Positions 11,834 to 24,586 of a stretch of 64,000 nucleotides of DNA are shown piece by piece (the stretch's first letter is position 1; every line of letters starts with the position of its first letter). The notes beneath the pieces were generated by a model. The model searched no databases, had not been told where the DNA came from, and saw only the letters and a program-made list of their open reading frames with translations. Source of the DNA: Octopus sinensis (Eukaryota); assembly GCF_006345805.1 (NCBI RefSeq), contig NC_043013.1, positions 16,616,001-16,680,000 of the forward strand, given 5' to 3'. Position numbers and translations under genes: made by a program.

Positions 11834-12899
11834 TATATAGATATATATTTGTGTGTGTGTGCGTCTGTGTTTGTCCCCCACCCCACATCACTTGACAACC
11901 GATGCTGGTGTGTTTAGGTCCCCCGTAAGAGACCGATAGAATAATTAATAGGCTTACAAAGAATAAGTCCTGGGGTCAAATTCTTCGACTAAAATTCAGC
12001 ATGGTCGCAGTCAAATGACTGAAACAAGTAAAAAAAAATACAAGAATAAAAAAAAATTCTGAAAGTTATGAAGAAACAAAGCCAACCCGTGTGAATTATC
12101 CGAAACTCCTCTTCCCACCCACAGAAAAACTTTTTTTTTACAATAAATTCCAATGTTATCAGAATCTACATCATCTGAAGCGTATTCGTAAAAAATTTCA
12201 AAAAAAAAAATATCCATTTTTCTAGAGGTTATATGGAAACAAAGTTGGGTGTACACATCTGTAGGAATGCCAGAAACAATAGCCAAATCTTCTTCAAAAT
12301 CATTCTGCCATCTTAGAAAAAGAAGAATTACATATCGGGTTATGTCGTCCTAGATACATTGTGCCGAATGGATGATCGTGATTGGAACGTCTTTCATTAT
12401 AAGTCCGCTTAATCAGGGATGACCAGGGCTAACCTCAACAACATCATCACAACGACAGCAGCAGCCACCACCACCACTACAACAACATTAAACAGTGAAA
12501 CAGAGGGGCTAACCGTAAAATCAGTCATATGTTATCAGCGATGACACCACGAACTCTGCTACAAGACAGCGACATAGTTCACCAGTTTGCAGTTAATCAT
12601 GGAAAGTAGAAGGTTATGTGTGAATGAATATAGTTACGGTCGTCCGCAGGTTGTTCCCGAAAGATCGGGATAAGCATAGAAAGAAGAAGGGGATTGACCA
12701 ACATGGAAAAATGTAAATATTTAAGAGTTCGAAGGACCATGGAAAGAGGAAGAAGAACTTCTACAACCGGGTGATTGTTAAGTATGTAAGGGACTTGTTG
12801 TAAATAATGTGCGCCCAACGAAATCGAAAGAAAAAGAAAGGAAGGAAGGAAGAAAGAACAGAGAATGAAGTTAGGAAGTTCTTACATTCCCTCGATTTT

Positions 12900-13132
12900 T
12901 GATAATTCAGATCCCTCGTGGTTCCAGCAGATAATATGGAAAAGGTGATGCCTCGCAGGATGGCGAGGGAGATGCGCTGGAACAGCCACTCTGATTTATA
13001 AGGCTCGCACTTGTGTAGCGATGAGCAGGGATATGGTCCGGGATCCGAGAACGCCGGAGGGGGTCTGCTGTCACAGGTTCGACCATAAACCTGTCGGAGC
13101 AGAGATTAGAGACTGTGAAGAGATTTCATTAA
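12900..13132 (-). mobile_element. C-terminal fragment of a CRE-clade (RLE-type) non-LTR retrotransposon
   Basis: Minus-strand translation ...SGVLGSRTISLL...EWLFQRISLAILRGITFSIL resembles the FQR(L/I)S.A..RGNA terminus of CRE-like elements. Frameshifted. Confidence 0.55.
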
Positions 13133-14379
13133 CGTTACTCTTCTACTTGTTTCAGTCATTTGACTGCGGCCATGCTGGAGCACCGCCTTTAGTCGAGGAA
13201 ATCGACCCCCAGGACTTATTCTTTGTAAGCCTACTACATATTCTATCGGTCTCTTTTGCCGAACCGCTAACTTACGGGGACGTAAACACACCAACATCGG
13301 TTGTCAAGCGATGCTAGGGGAACAAACACAGACACACAAACGCACACACATATATATACATATATACGACGGGCTTCTTTCAGTTTCCGTCTACCAAATC
13401 AACTCACAAGGCTTTGGTCAGCCCGAGGCTATAGTAGAAGACACTTGCCCAAGGTACCACGCAGTGGGACTGAACCCGGAACGTTGTTAATAATTTTGAA
13501 AGAGAAAAGACTTACCTAAGAGAGATGGTAGGCTAAGCTCGGATGACGCTGGTAAATTCTGTCTCTATAAGAATTGAGTGGGGAAAAAAGTATTATAGCA
13601 TGTGGGCCAATGTCATAAAAGAGAGTGGAGTAAGCAAAAAGTAATTGGGTAAGCCTCAAAGAAAGTAGGGCTAATTATGAAAGACAGAGGGATTAATTGT
13701 TGACAGAAATACAGAAGAAAAGTGTTGTGAGGGGGAGATATATATATATAGAGAGAGAGAGAGGAGAGAAAGAGAGAGAGAGAAATAAAGAGAAGCAGAG
13801 AGAAAAACAGAAAGATAGGCAGACAGAGAGCAGATAAGACAACAACATGAAACTAGGCTTCAGACAGTAACAAAGGTGTGTCTGTTGGGATGTTTCAAAA
13901 ATTAACGCCAATGGGAGTGGATGGAAAATATGTAATCTACACGCGCATATAAACTAATAGAGATACTTAGGCATTCACTCAGGCATATACACACACGCAT
14001 TCACACATACAAATACATATGTATGCATGAATGTGTGTGTGTGTGTGTATATATATGTGCATATGTACATACGATCACACATACATATATGCATGTATTC
14101 ATATACGCACAACCAAACACATACACAAATACAATGCTTATAATAACGATTTCCTCATCTAAGTGCGAGGCAAAAAGAATTTTGATTGGCGAGGGGTTCT
14201 TGATGGTAATTAGATCGTCGTCTAGTTATATGACTAGTAATTAATTTTAATGACGTAGGAAATGTGGAAAGCAAAGTTGACCGCGGTAGGGTTTGAACTC
14301 AAGACTAAAGAGCTCTAAACTAGCTACTGTAAGGTATTTTGGCCGACCTTTAACGAAATAATAGCAGCGATAACAACAA

Positions 14380-15155
14380 CAATCCTTTCTACTCTCGGCA
14401 CAAGGTCCAAATTTTGGTGGGTGGTAGTTAGTCAATTACACCGGTCCCAATGCTCAGTTGGCACTTGCTTCATCGACCCCTCGAAAGGATGAAAGGCTAA
14501 GTCGACCTCGGCGGAATTTGAACTCAGATCGCAAAAACAGACGAAACACCTATTTCTTTACTGCCCCACAAGGGGCTACGCTACACACAGAAGGGACAAA
14601 CAAGGACAGACAAATGGATTAAGTCGATTATATCGACCCAAGTGCGTAACTGGTACTTATTTAATCGGTCCCAAAAGGATGAAACAAAGTTGACCTCGGC
14701 GAATTTGAACTCAGATCGCAAAAACAGACGAAACACCTATTTCTTTACTGCCCACAAGGGGCTACACACAGAAGGGACAAACAAGGACAGACAAACGGAT
14801 TAAGTCGATTATATCGACCCAAGTGCGTAACTGGTACTTATTTAATCGGTCCCAAAAGGATGAAAGACAAAGTTGACCTCGGCGGAATTTGAACTCAGAT
14901 CGCAAAAACAGACGAAACACCTATTTCTTTACTGCCCCACAAGGGGCTACACACAGAAGGGACAAACAAGGACAGACAAACGGATTAAGTCGATTATATC
15001 GACCCAAGTGCGTAACTGGTACTTATTTAATCGGTCCCAAAAGGATGAAAGACAAAGTCGACCTCGGCGGAATTTGAACTCAGAACGTAAGGACGGACGA
15101 AATGCCGCTAAGCATTTTACCCAGCGTGCTAACGATTCTCTCAGCTCACCGCCTC
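14380..15155 (-). repeat. Tandem array of ~185-bp SINE-A body units (one full head plus ~4 body units)
   Basis: ...gacctcggcggaatttgaactcaga recurs at ~14505, 14693, 14876 and 15061. Confidence 0.85.
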
Positions 15156-15165
15156 AATAATAATA

Positions 15166-15527
15166 TCTATATATATGTATGTCTGTGTGTGTGTGTATAT
15201 ATCCTTTATACAAATCCACAATTTTTCAGTTAGAGGGCTCGCACTTTCTATGGTCATTCAAAACCGTCCAAGGGTGGTCGTGCACATCTTTACATTTCCC
15301 CAGTCACCCCGCAAAAGCCATTAAAAAATCATAGAAGTGACATTTTTGTGAATTTTCTATCCAAAACCCAATCAAAATGCCCGAAACTTGATACGCCAAT
15401 TGAATGCCAGCTAGCTGTATGTGATTGGTCGGAGATTTGGAGAGTACTCGCGTGTATGTGCGCACACACGCAGCTGTATATGCTTGCAATAGCACTATGA
15501 CCTGGCGTTGCCGGGTCATAGTGCTAG
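15166..15527 (+). mobile_element. Non-autonomous Helitron
   Basis: A|TCTATATAT 5' end, subterminal hairpin AGCACTATGACC-TGGCGTTGCCG-GGTCATAGTGCT, and CTAG|T 3' end. Confidence 0.7.
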
Positions 15528-15840
15528 TAATTATTATTATTATGATTATTATTATTATTGTTATCATTATTATTATGATTATTATTATTATTATTATTAT
15601 GTTTTTTTTATAAAAATCATTGAGGACGGTACAGGCCAATATTTTATGGAGTTACACAAAAAGCGTGTAAAAAGTAAAAAAAAATAACAAAATAACAAAA
15701 TAAAATTCTAACAATGAATAATTCCCCAAGAGGGGGAATAAATAATTATACATTATCATTATTCCAAAAGCTATAACATATTAATTTAATTAGCAGGAAT
15801 GTTATTCTTGAGCATTGGTGACAACAAGTCTCCTCAAATC

Positions 15841-15980
<140 letters not shown>

Positions 15981-16711
15981 ACGCACAACAGATCTGACTG
16001 TTGGAAAAGAAACAACCCATATATCGGGCTACAACAAGTAATTTTAGATGCCAAGAACCCTCCTAAGTGTCCTAGCTCTCTCTAATAACACTATCCTCTA
16101 TCCATCTCTTCAGATCCTTAGGGATAGTTCCCAATGCACCTATAACTACTGGGATGCATTTTACCGGCCCCTTCCATAGTCTCTGTAATTCAATGGCTAG
16201 ATCCTGGGGCTTCGCTATTTTCCCCATACCTCCTATATTGATTTTTCTTCATTTGGGACTGTGTAGTTAATTATCTTCCACTTTCTATTCTCTTTATCAA
16301 CTACTACCATTTATCAGTATGTTCAAATCCTAGCTTTCTACATAACTTCCAGTAGATTACTCTCCCTAGATTGTCATGTCTTTTCTTGTATTCTTCATGT
16401 GCCGGCATGCTACGTTCACTTACTATATGAGTAACGCTTTTGATTTGCATAACCTACATTGGGAATCTACATGGTTTTGTCTATCTTAGCTTTTATCCAA
16501 TTGGTCCTTAATGCTTGATCTTGTGCAGCTGTTAACAAACTTTTTGTCTCCCTTTTCAGCTTGCCTTTCTGCAACAATAACCATGTCTCACTACTACTAT
16601 TTGCTGCAACTATCTTCGGGAATCAGCCAGTCCGATAACTTCTGTTCTTTTTTCTGGTTTTTAACTTCGTTTGAGTTTTTGGTTTCCATATATCTTGCTG
16701 TGAATCTAACA

Positions 16712-16712
<1 letters not shown>
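15981..16712 (-). mobile_element. 3' fragment of an R4/Dong-clade retrotransposon (RLE region plus 3' UTR), decayed
   Basis: Minus-strand AAQDQALRTNWIKAKID (~16479-16530) and ...CIPVVIGALGTIPKDL..., with a stop at 16044-16046. The 3' end runs into (ATG)n(ATA)n. Confidence 0.75.
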
Positions 16713-16757
<45 letters not shown>

Positions 16758-16761
16758 AGAT

Positions 16762-16796
<35 letters not shown>

Positions 16797-16798
16797 AT

Positions 16799-16925
16799 TT
16801 TATAAACAAACCCGAAAGGCTTTGTAAGTTACGGAGAGAAAGCTACTATGGAAGACTCCTAGTACGAGTTTTCGATAGTAGCTTTCTCTCCGTAACTTAC
16901 AAAGCCTTTCGGGTTTGTTTATAAA
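16799..16925. repeat. 127-bp hairpin: perfect 51-bp inverted arms around a 25-bp partly self-complementary spacer
   Basis: 16799-16849 is the exact reverse complement of 16875-16925. Confidence 0.9.
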
Positions 16926-17800
16926 TTTTATATGTAGTATTAGACAGTTTAAGTATATATTAGCTAAATTTGACTGAAATCGATGGCTGAGAGTTTGGCT
17001 CATCGGATGTGCAAGAAGCTGTGTAAGAATCGATTTGTGGGTTCGATTCTGATTTGGGTTAGCTCATCATGTTTCGGTCATTTGTTTGAATTTAAAAATT
17101 GTCGCTTCAAATAGGAGAATAAATATTATGATTATACCATTATACAGTTGTGTGTGTGTGTGTATGTGTGTGTGTGAATATTCATGTGTGTGTCCGTGTG
17201 TGTGAAAATTCATGCGTGTGTGCATGTGCGTACGCATGTACATGATTCAGCAAAGCTTGACATAGTTGGAATAGCTGAAGCGGTAATAACTAGACGAGAC
17301 TAGTTGAAGCTTCGTCTCCACTTCCCTCAGTCGCTATTTCTGCTCTAGTTACATACATCTCTAATACTGACATAGATTCATGGAAATATCTCTAATATAC
17401 ACTGACCGCTTCACCTCATAATTGTCGCTCATCCCCTACTCTCCCACTCCAAGTCGGTTATATGTGGCTGGCCTTAAGAATGAGTGCTTAAGAAGTTCGA
17501 TTCGAAGACCCTTAGTTGTGTGTTCGAGCCTTCTGCGTGGCACTTTGAGCGACTGGTGTCAACCATAGCCTCCGGTAATAATACACACATATATATATAT
17601 ATATATTTACTTGTTTCAGTCATTTGACTGCGGCCATGCTGGAGCACCGCCTTTAATCGAGCAAATCGACCCCCAGGACTTATTCTTTGTAAGCCCAGTA
17701 CTTATTCTATCGGTCTCTTTTGCCGAACCGCTAAGTGACGGGGACGTAAACACACCAGCATCAGTTGTAAAGCAATGCTAGGGGGACAAATACAGACACA

Positions 17801-17847
<47 letters not shown>

Positions 17848-18026
17848 ACACACATATATATATACATATATACGACGGGCTTCTTTCAGTTTCCGTCTAC
17901 CAAATCCACTCACAAGGCTTTGGTCGGCCCGAGGCTATAGTAGAAGACACTTGCCCAAGATGCCACGCAGTGGGACTGAACCCGGAACCATGTGGTTGGT
18001 AAGCAAGCTACTTACCACACACACAC

Positions 18027-18078
<52 letters not shown>

Positions 18079-19122
18079 ATATATATATAAGTATGTATGT
18101 ATGTATGTAATGAGAAATGCAGAAAACATATTTGATAATTATTTTAATAGCTTTATAGTTTTATAAACAATTTTTTAAAAATAATATACACGTGTTTTAA
18201 TGAGTTAATATATACATGCATAGCAGACTTCTGGAGTGTTGCTTCCCATGAAATTCACTTACAAGAATAATGTTCAACCCGGGTTACATAAGAAACACTT
18301 GCCCAAGGTTCCGCATCGTCGGACCGAATCATAAATTTCGTGTTAGCAAAGCGAACCCTTAACCCCACAACAATGCCTATTCATTTCACTCAATATATGC
18401 GTTTAATATGAGGCGGCGAACTGGCACAGTCATTAGCATTTCTTCTGGTTTTACGCTCTGAGTTCAAATTCCTCCGAGGTAGACTTTACCTTTCATCCTT
18501 TCGGGGGCGATAAAATAAGTACCATTTGAGCACTGGGGGTCGATGTAATCGACAAAGCCGTACTTTTGTGTCTATAGTAGAAGTATAAAAAATTATGTAT
18601 GACGTCAAAAATCACGCTTTCGCTTTGATCGGATGGTAGATGTCTCAGCCAAAACATTGAAGAAGCCACGATTTTGTCAAAAAAGTAACCTTATCTGACA
18701 TTGTTCTAGATTTTTCAGGGAATAATGAGATTCGAAAGGAAGTTAAAATGGAGTAGAACAGGTTAAAAATATCGGTGAGCTTGGGTGGGTGTTTTGTAAA
18801 AGCAAACCGGTTGAAACGCTATTCAGAATTATGTTTGCAAAAACGAAGATAAAATTTTTTAGTCTACAAAAGTCACTCGAAATAGAAGGGATTGTTTAGT
18901 CAATAAGGTGACTTATTTTCAGTACAAAATAGATCGTACATTTGAATAGAAACGTAGAGAAATCAAGCATTTGAAATGGTCGTATGTTTGAATGGGTTAC
19001 CATTTACATACATACAAATATTCATACATAGAAATATTCCTAGATATATTGATATTGACAAATAGAGAGACAGATACATACATGCACGCATGTATACATA
19101 CATATATACATATATACATATA

Positions 19123-19239
<117 letters not shown>

Positions 19240-19324
19240 GTATATGTATATGTATGTATATATGCGTATTATATATATATATATGTATATGTATATGTAT
19301 GTATATATGCGTATTTATATATAT

Positions 19325-19370
<46 letters not shown>

Positions 19371-19479
19371 TGTGTATGTATGTATATATAAATAAGGATA
19401 AGATCGTTATTTAAAATACTGATCATATAAAGTAGCCAGCATGGGAATAAAAACCTTCAAAGGTAATAATTATTATTAA

Positions 19480-19827
19480 AATTATAATTAAAGGTATCTA
19501 AAAGATACCACCATGCTAGAGATAGCAGTCAAAACTTGACTCTAAAACCACATCAAGTATTCATACAACACCAGGAGAAAGGACAAAGAGACAAATAAAC
19601 TAGCAAAAAATGATTGGATAATAATAAGAATATACATAATAATATACTCTGCCTCTTCAGTGGGATATACACAGATAGTACATAATTACTTATATATATA
19701 CATACAACATACGAATATTTACATATGCGCACGTATACACACATATATATGTACGTATGCACACGACCGGTTTAATTGACTGCTATCTCTAGCATGGTGG
19801 TATCTTTTAGATACCCTTAATTATAAT
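19480..19827. mobile_element. MITE-like element with ~50-bp terminal inverted repeats
   Basis: attataattaa(a/g)ggtatctaaaagataccaccatgctagagatagcagtcaa and its reverse complement at ~19775-19827. Confidence 0.7.
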
Positions 19828-19872
19828 TATATATATGTGTGTGTGTATATATATACATATATATACATACAT

Positions 19873-19922
<50 letters not shown>

Positions 19923-20098
19923 TATATATATATAATGCAAATAAGAAAATGGAGGGACAGATTCCTTTCAACATCAACTTACAGATAATACCAATTCATA
20001 TAATTTATTAACTAATTAAATAGGAACATCCAAATCCAACAGAATAAAACATATACATCAATAAGTAAGATAATACCATAAAATATTACATATAATGG

Positions 20099-20233
20099 AT
20101 CTTACAGCTGTTTCAGCCTGTAGATAAAGGTATCTCATTGTGCCTATATTAGTCAGATGTATTGAGGTAATATGCAGTTATAAATGAGTTACTTATATAT
20201 ATAATATATATATCACAAGGCCTCGTCAGAGAT
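20099..20233 (-). ncRNA. Type I hammerhead ribozyme motif with a ~100-nt stem II region
   Basis: Reverse complement: ATCT-CTGACGA-GGCCTTGT...ACAGGCT-GAAAC-AGCT-GTA-AGAT. Palindromic stem III ACAGCTGT, GUA triplet. Confidence 0.6.
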
Positions 20234-20395
20234 TATAAAGTACAATTATGAAAATATAAAATGCAAATATAAATATGAAACAAAATACACATACACAAGA
20301 ATATATACAAAAATATATATATGTGATCTCTTGAGCAACACCAGCTCAAATATTTTCTCCTCTGTCTTCCCTCCTTGGGATCTTTCCTTCTCCTT

Positions 20396-20430
20396 GTTTC
20401 CGACGAAGAGCTCCGCTCGAAACGTTAAAC
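20396..20430 (+). ncRNA. Minimal hammerhead-like motif with a U4C core variant
   Basis: GTTT-CCGACGA-A-GAGC-TCC-GCTC-GAAAC-GT-T-AAAC. Confidence 0.5.
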
Positions 20431-21559
20431 CTTCCTTCCCTTCTTTCCTGGGCGTCAATAATACTTTAATTGTTCCACGTCCTGCGTTGCTGTGTTTTTT
20501 TCTTTTTTTCTGTTTTCTTGTTTGGATTAGCTATATATATATATTTATATATATATATATATATTCTTGTGTATGTGTGTATGTATGTATGTATGTATGT
20601 ATGTATGTGTGTGTGTGTATGCATGTATGTATGTGTATGTATTGCTTTATGTATGCATTCTCATACATATAGTTGCATATCTAGACATGCTCATATATAC
20701 CTAAATTACAAACTTCTGGAAAGTTTTACAGATTTTTGCAGTTCCAGTGATGGTTTGGCTCTGTAGTCTTCGAATCAGCTTTCTCCATTGTAAGTATGCA
20801 TGCATGGATGGATGGATGGATGGATGGATGGATGGATGGATTGAAGAGAAAGCCAGTCATTTTTTATGCATACAAAAAAAAATTAAACATACACATAACT
20901 GTATGTATGCATATAGAAAGATAAAAAACATTTGAAGATAAATACACCACGGAATAAATAAAAATACAGTTAATATTCTGGTAGAATATGTTCTCTACGT
21001 AAAAAATATTATTAAAGTTAGTACTATAAACCAAGGTCAGGTGAATTGGTGTACTCCGAAAGTTGTGTCGAAAAGGAAGCGCATAGGTGTTAAGAAGAAT
21101 GTTGAAAACAATGGAAAACAAGGTGTGGCTAGAAGGAGAATGCGGGTAGGTGTTAGCAAGAATCTTGGAAACAATGAAAATTATTAGTTTCAAATTTTGG
21201 AACAAGACCAGTAATTTTAGGGAAGGATTAAGCCGATTAGATCGACCCCGGTGTTCAACTGGTGCTTATTATATCGACTACCCCAAAAGGATGAAAGGCA
21301 AAATCTATCTCGGCGGAATTTGAACTCAGATCGTAAAGAAGGACGAAATGCGGCTAAGCATTTTGCCCGGTGTGCTAACGATTCTGCCAGCTCACCCGCC
21401 TTGGAAGTAATGAAAATTATTAAAAACAATGAAGGTGAAAAAAAATTGGAGAAATGAATTGGTTGGCTGTAATAAACACAGCGACAGGGCGGGGTGTAGA
21501 AAAATGAAAGGATGTAGAAATGTCATATCAAATGTATATGATTTATAGAACAAAATGAA

Positions 21560-21644
<85 letters not shown>

Positions 21645-23332
21645 AACAAAACTCCTCTGAAACGGAAACCTTTAGAAAAGTATTACAGTAGCTTATATTG
21701 TACCATATATCAATATATGAGAGACTATCATAAACTAAGAAGTCAAGAACCCTTTAATAAGTTATTGAAAGGTTAATAATCTACTCTTGTAAACTGGCAA
21801 ATTAGTTTTCATATTTTTGTGTCATAAAGTAAAATTATGCAAATTAGCTTTTATATTTTTCTATTATATATTTTATTTTTTTTATAATATTTTAAGGCGG
21901 CGTGATCGAAGAAATGCTACGCTATATTTCAACCGTCCTTACGTCCTGAGTTCAAATTCCGCCGAGACCAACTTGGCCAGTCATCAATTCTGGATCTGTA
22001 AAATAAGTACCAGTTACGCACTGGGGGTCGATGTAATCGTCTTAATCCCTTTGTCTGTCCTTGTTTGTCCCCTCTGTGTTTAGCCCCTTGTGGGTAGTAA
22101 AGAAATAACTATTTCAACCGTCCTTACGCCCTGAGTTCAAATTCCGCCGAGACCAACTTGGCCTGTCATCAATTCTGGATCTGTAAAATAAGTACCAGTT
22201 ACGCACTGGTGTCAATGTAATCGACTTTACTTCTGGGTAAGAATAAAAAAAACTGCATTCCTCTGTCATGCCAGTGTAACAAAATAGGCTCATCAAACCA
22301 GAATGATCTCGAGTTCAAATTCACGGCCTGCACGAGATCGTAACTTATAGAGAGAACATGCTGAGGTCTTCGTCCTGCATTGTTCTGAACGTAAGCAATC
22401 TAATCCAATATCTTAATTAAGGAAATTACTTTTAATAATTTTTGTTATATACATTTATAATGCAAAGTAATGCCTATATTTTTATATTACATATTTTAAT
22501 TATGCGAATTAGTTTTTATTTTATATATTTCAAGTTTGCAAATCACTTTTTGTTTTTGTTTTACTTGTTTCAGTCATTTGACTACGGCCTTGCTGGAGCA
22601 CCAACTTAAAGGTATTTTTTTAGTCGATAGATCGACCCCTAGTATTTATTCTATCGGTCTCTTTTGTCGGACCACTAAGTTACAGGGGCGTAAACACACC
22701 AACATCGGTTGTCAAGCGATAATGGGGGTCAAACACAGACGCACACATAAATAAATACATACGTGAACTGCCAGTCATTTTTGTCAATGATTTACCCTAA
22801 ATATTTTATTTTAGGTAAGAATCCACACGTCTCACTCAAAGTGAAACCGTAATCCCTTACTTTTTCGCTCACAGATTTTCGTGCTCGGCGTGCTGATCCC
22901 TGGATTCGCTTTTTATGAGTATGTCATCAAGGTAAGCTATTGCAAAATCCGAACCTGCAAGCATAGTGTCCATGACTTATTGGAAAATACCTGGTGCTAC
23001 CTTTATATAGCTAGCAGGGAGATAAATCCTCGCTACCTCCAGTACCGAAATCACCAGAACACGTGACTTCGCCTTGTTTGGTCTTATTGATAATAGACAC
23101 CATTTTTTTTCTGTTCATTCGCTCAGCATCTGGTGACACTCGCCATTGATTCAATAAATGCATCTGCCGAAACAAGCTCACATCCATCATGATGCATCCA
23201 ATGATTTCATCGTATACTGGCTTGAGTGGTTACATGCTATTTAACCCAAAGCTGAAACCCTGACAGGTGCAACTACTCCGGGTAAGAATAAACCGGGGAA
23301 TAGTGACCAAGGGATGGTTCAAAGACCTGGAA

Positions 23333-23560
23333 CTCTCGAACCACGGTCCCACCACGAATTTTATAAACTATAGTTCACACAACAGGACTAAGATATATCA
23401 TTATTTCACATGGGAAGCCATCCATTTGGGCTGCCTTGTTTGCACTCTCGAACCACGGTCCCACCACGAATTTTATAAACTATAGCTCACGCAACAGGAC
23501 TAAGATATATCATTATTTATTTCACCTGGGAAACCATCCATCTGGGCTGCCTCGTTTGCG
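23333..23560. repeat. Local tandem duplication, 2 x ~113 bp
   Basis: ctctcgaaccacggtcccaccacgaattttataaactatag...caggactaagatatatcattattt occurs twice in tandem. Confidence 0.85.
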
Positions 23561-24209
23561 TCGCTTCTACAAACCGTTTATGATTAATTACTTATTAATA
23601 AGGATGTCACATTGACAAGCAGTTATAATAACACTCTATAAGATCAAATAAACGGCCTCTGTCCCAGTTAACGATGGCATTCAAATCACATACTTCTATC
23701 TTTCCACTCATGTCGAATTTGTTTCATTTCTGCCGGATTTCCCCAGTGTTGAGTTTCGAAGCAATTGCGCAAGTAAACGGAAGTCGTATTGTTGATTTTG
23801 GGGAAAAGAAAGAAAAAAGTGTTCCGGTCAGAGGTGGGAGATATTTTCAATGACACGAAGATTTTTTTCTTTTATCTTCTTTTCTTTTCTCTCTTTTTTT
23901 TTTTGTTGTAAAGCGTCTATTCACACACACACACACACTCATAAATATATGCACACACAGATATACAGTGTTCCAGAAATAAAGCACTCTCTACTCTGGT
24001 TTAGTCTCATCGTCATTCTGTCGCTCTTCTACACATGTCTGTCTGTCTGTCTAATAAGTATTATAGTATTTATACATGTCAGGAAGAGAGAGAGAGGTGT
24101 TCGTTGTGTGTACGCGCGCGCACGTGTGTATGTGTGTATGTGAGAATGTATGTGCATGTGTCCACACGTGCATACATACATAAATCTATAGATAGGTAGG
24201 TTGATAGTG

Positions 24210-24250
<41 letters not shown>

Positions 24251-24586
24251 TGCATGCGAGTGTGCAAGTGTATATATGTCATGGGAAAGAGACAGAGAGA
24301 TATGGAGAGATAGAGAGGGGGATACAGAAGGAGAGAGAGTTGCTCTGAGACCATATATTGAAAGTAATACAATTACATCGTTGAAGTGTCGCGATATTCC
24401 ATTTAATGCAAAAAGTCGGTTCGGTTTTTGTCGACACCAAACCTCGAGTACTCTCACGAGTAGCTAACTTCAGTCTGTCCCATACGCATGTGCACTTACT
24501 CGTTAGATACTTGACACTTTTATGTCGTTCGATGCTAATTTGCGACGAGACAGATTGTATTTTGTGTACTTGAAATCACCCTGAAA

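Noticed and set aside
14380-15155. Regularly spaced repeats superficially like a CRISPR array
   Set aside because: The units are contiguous SINE bodies without unique spacers, in eukaryotic DNA with no cas genes.
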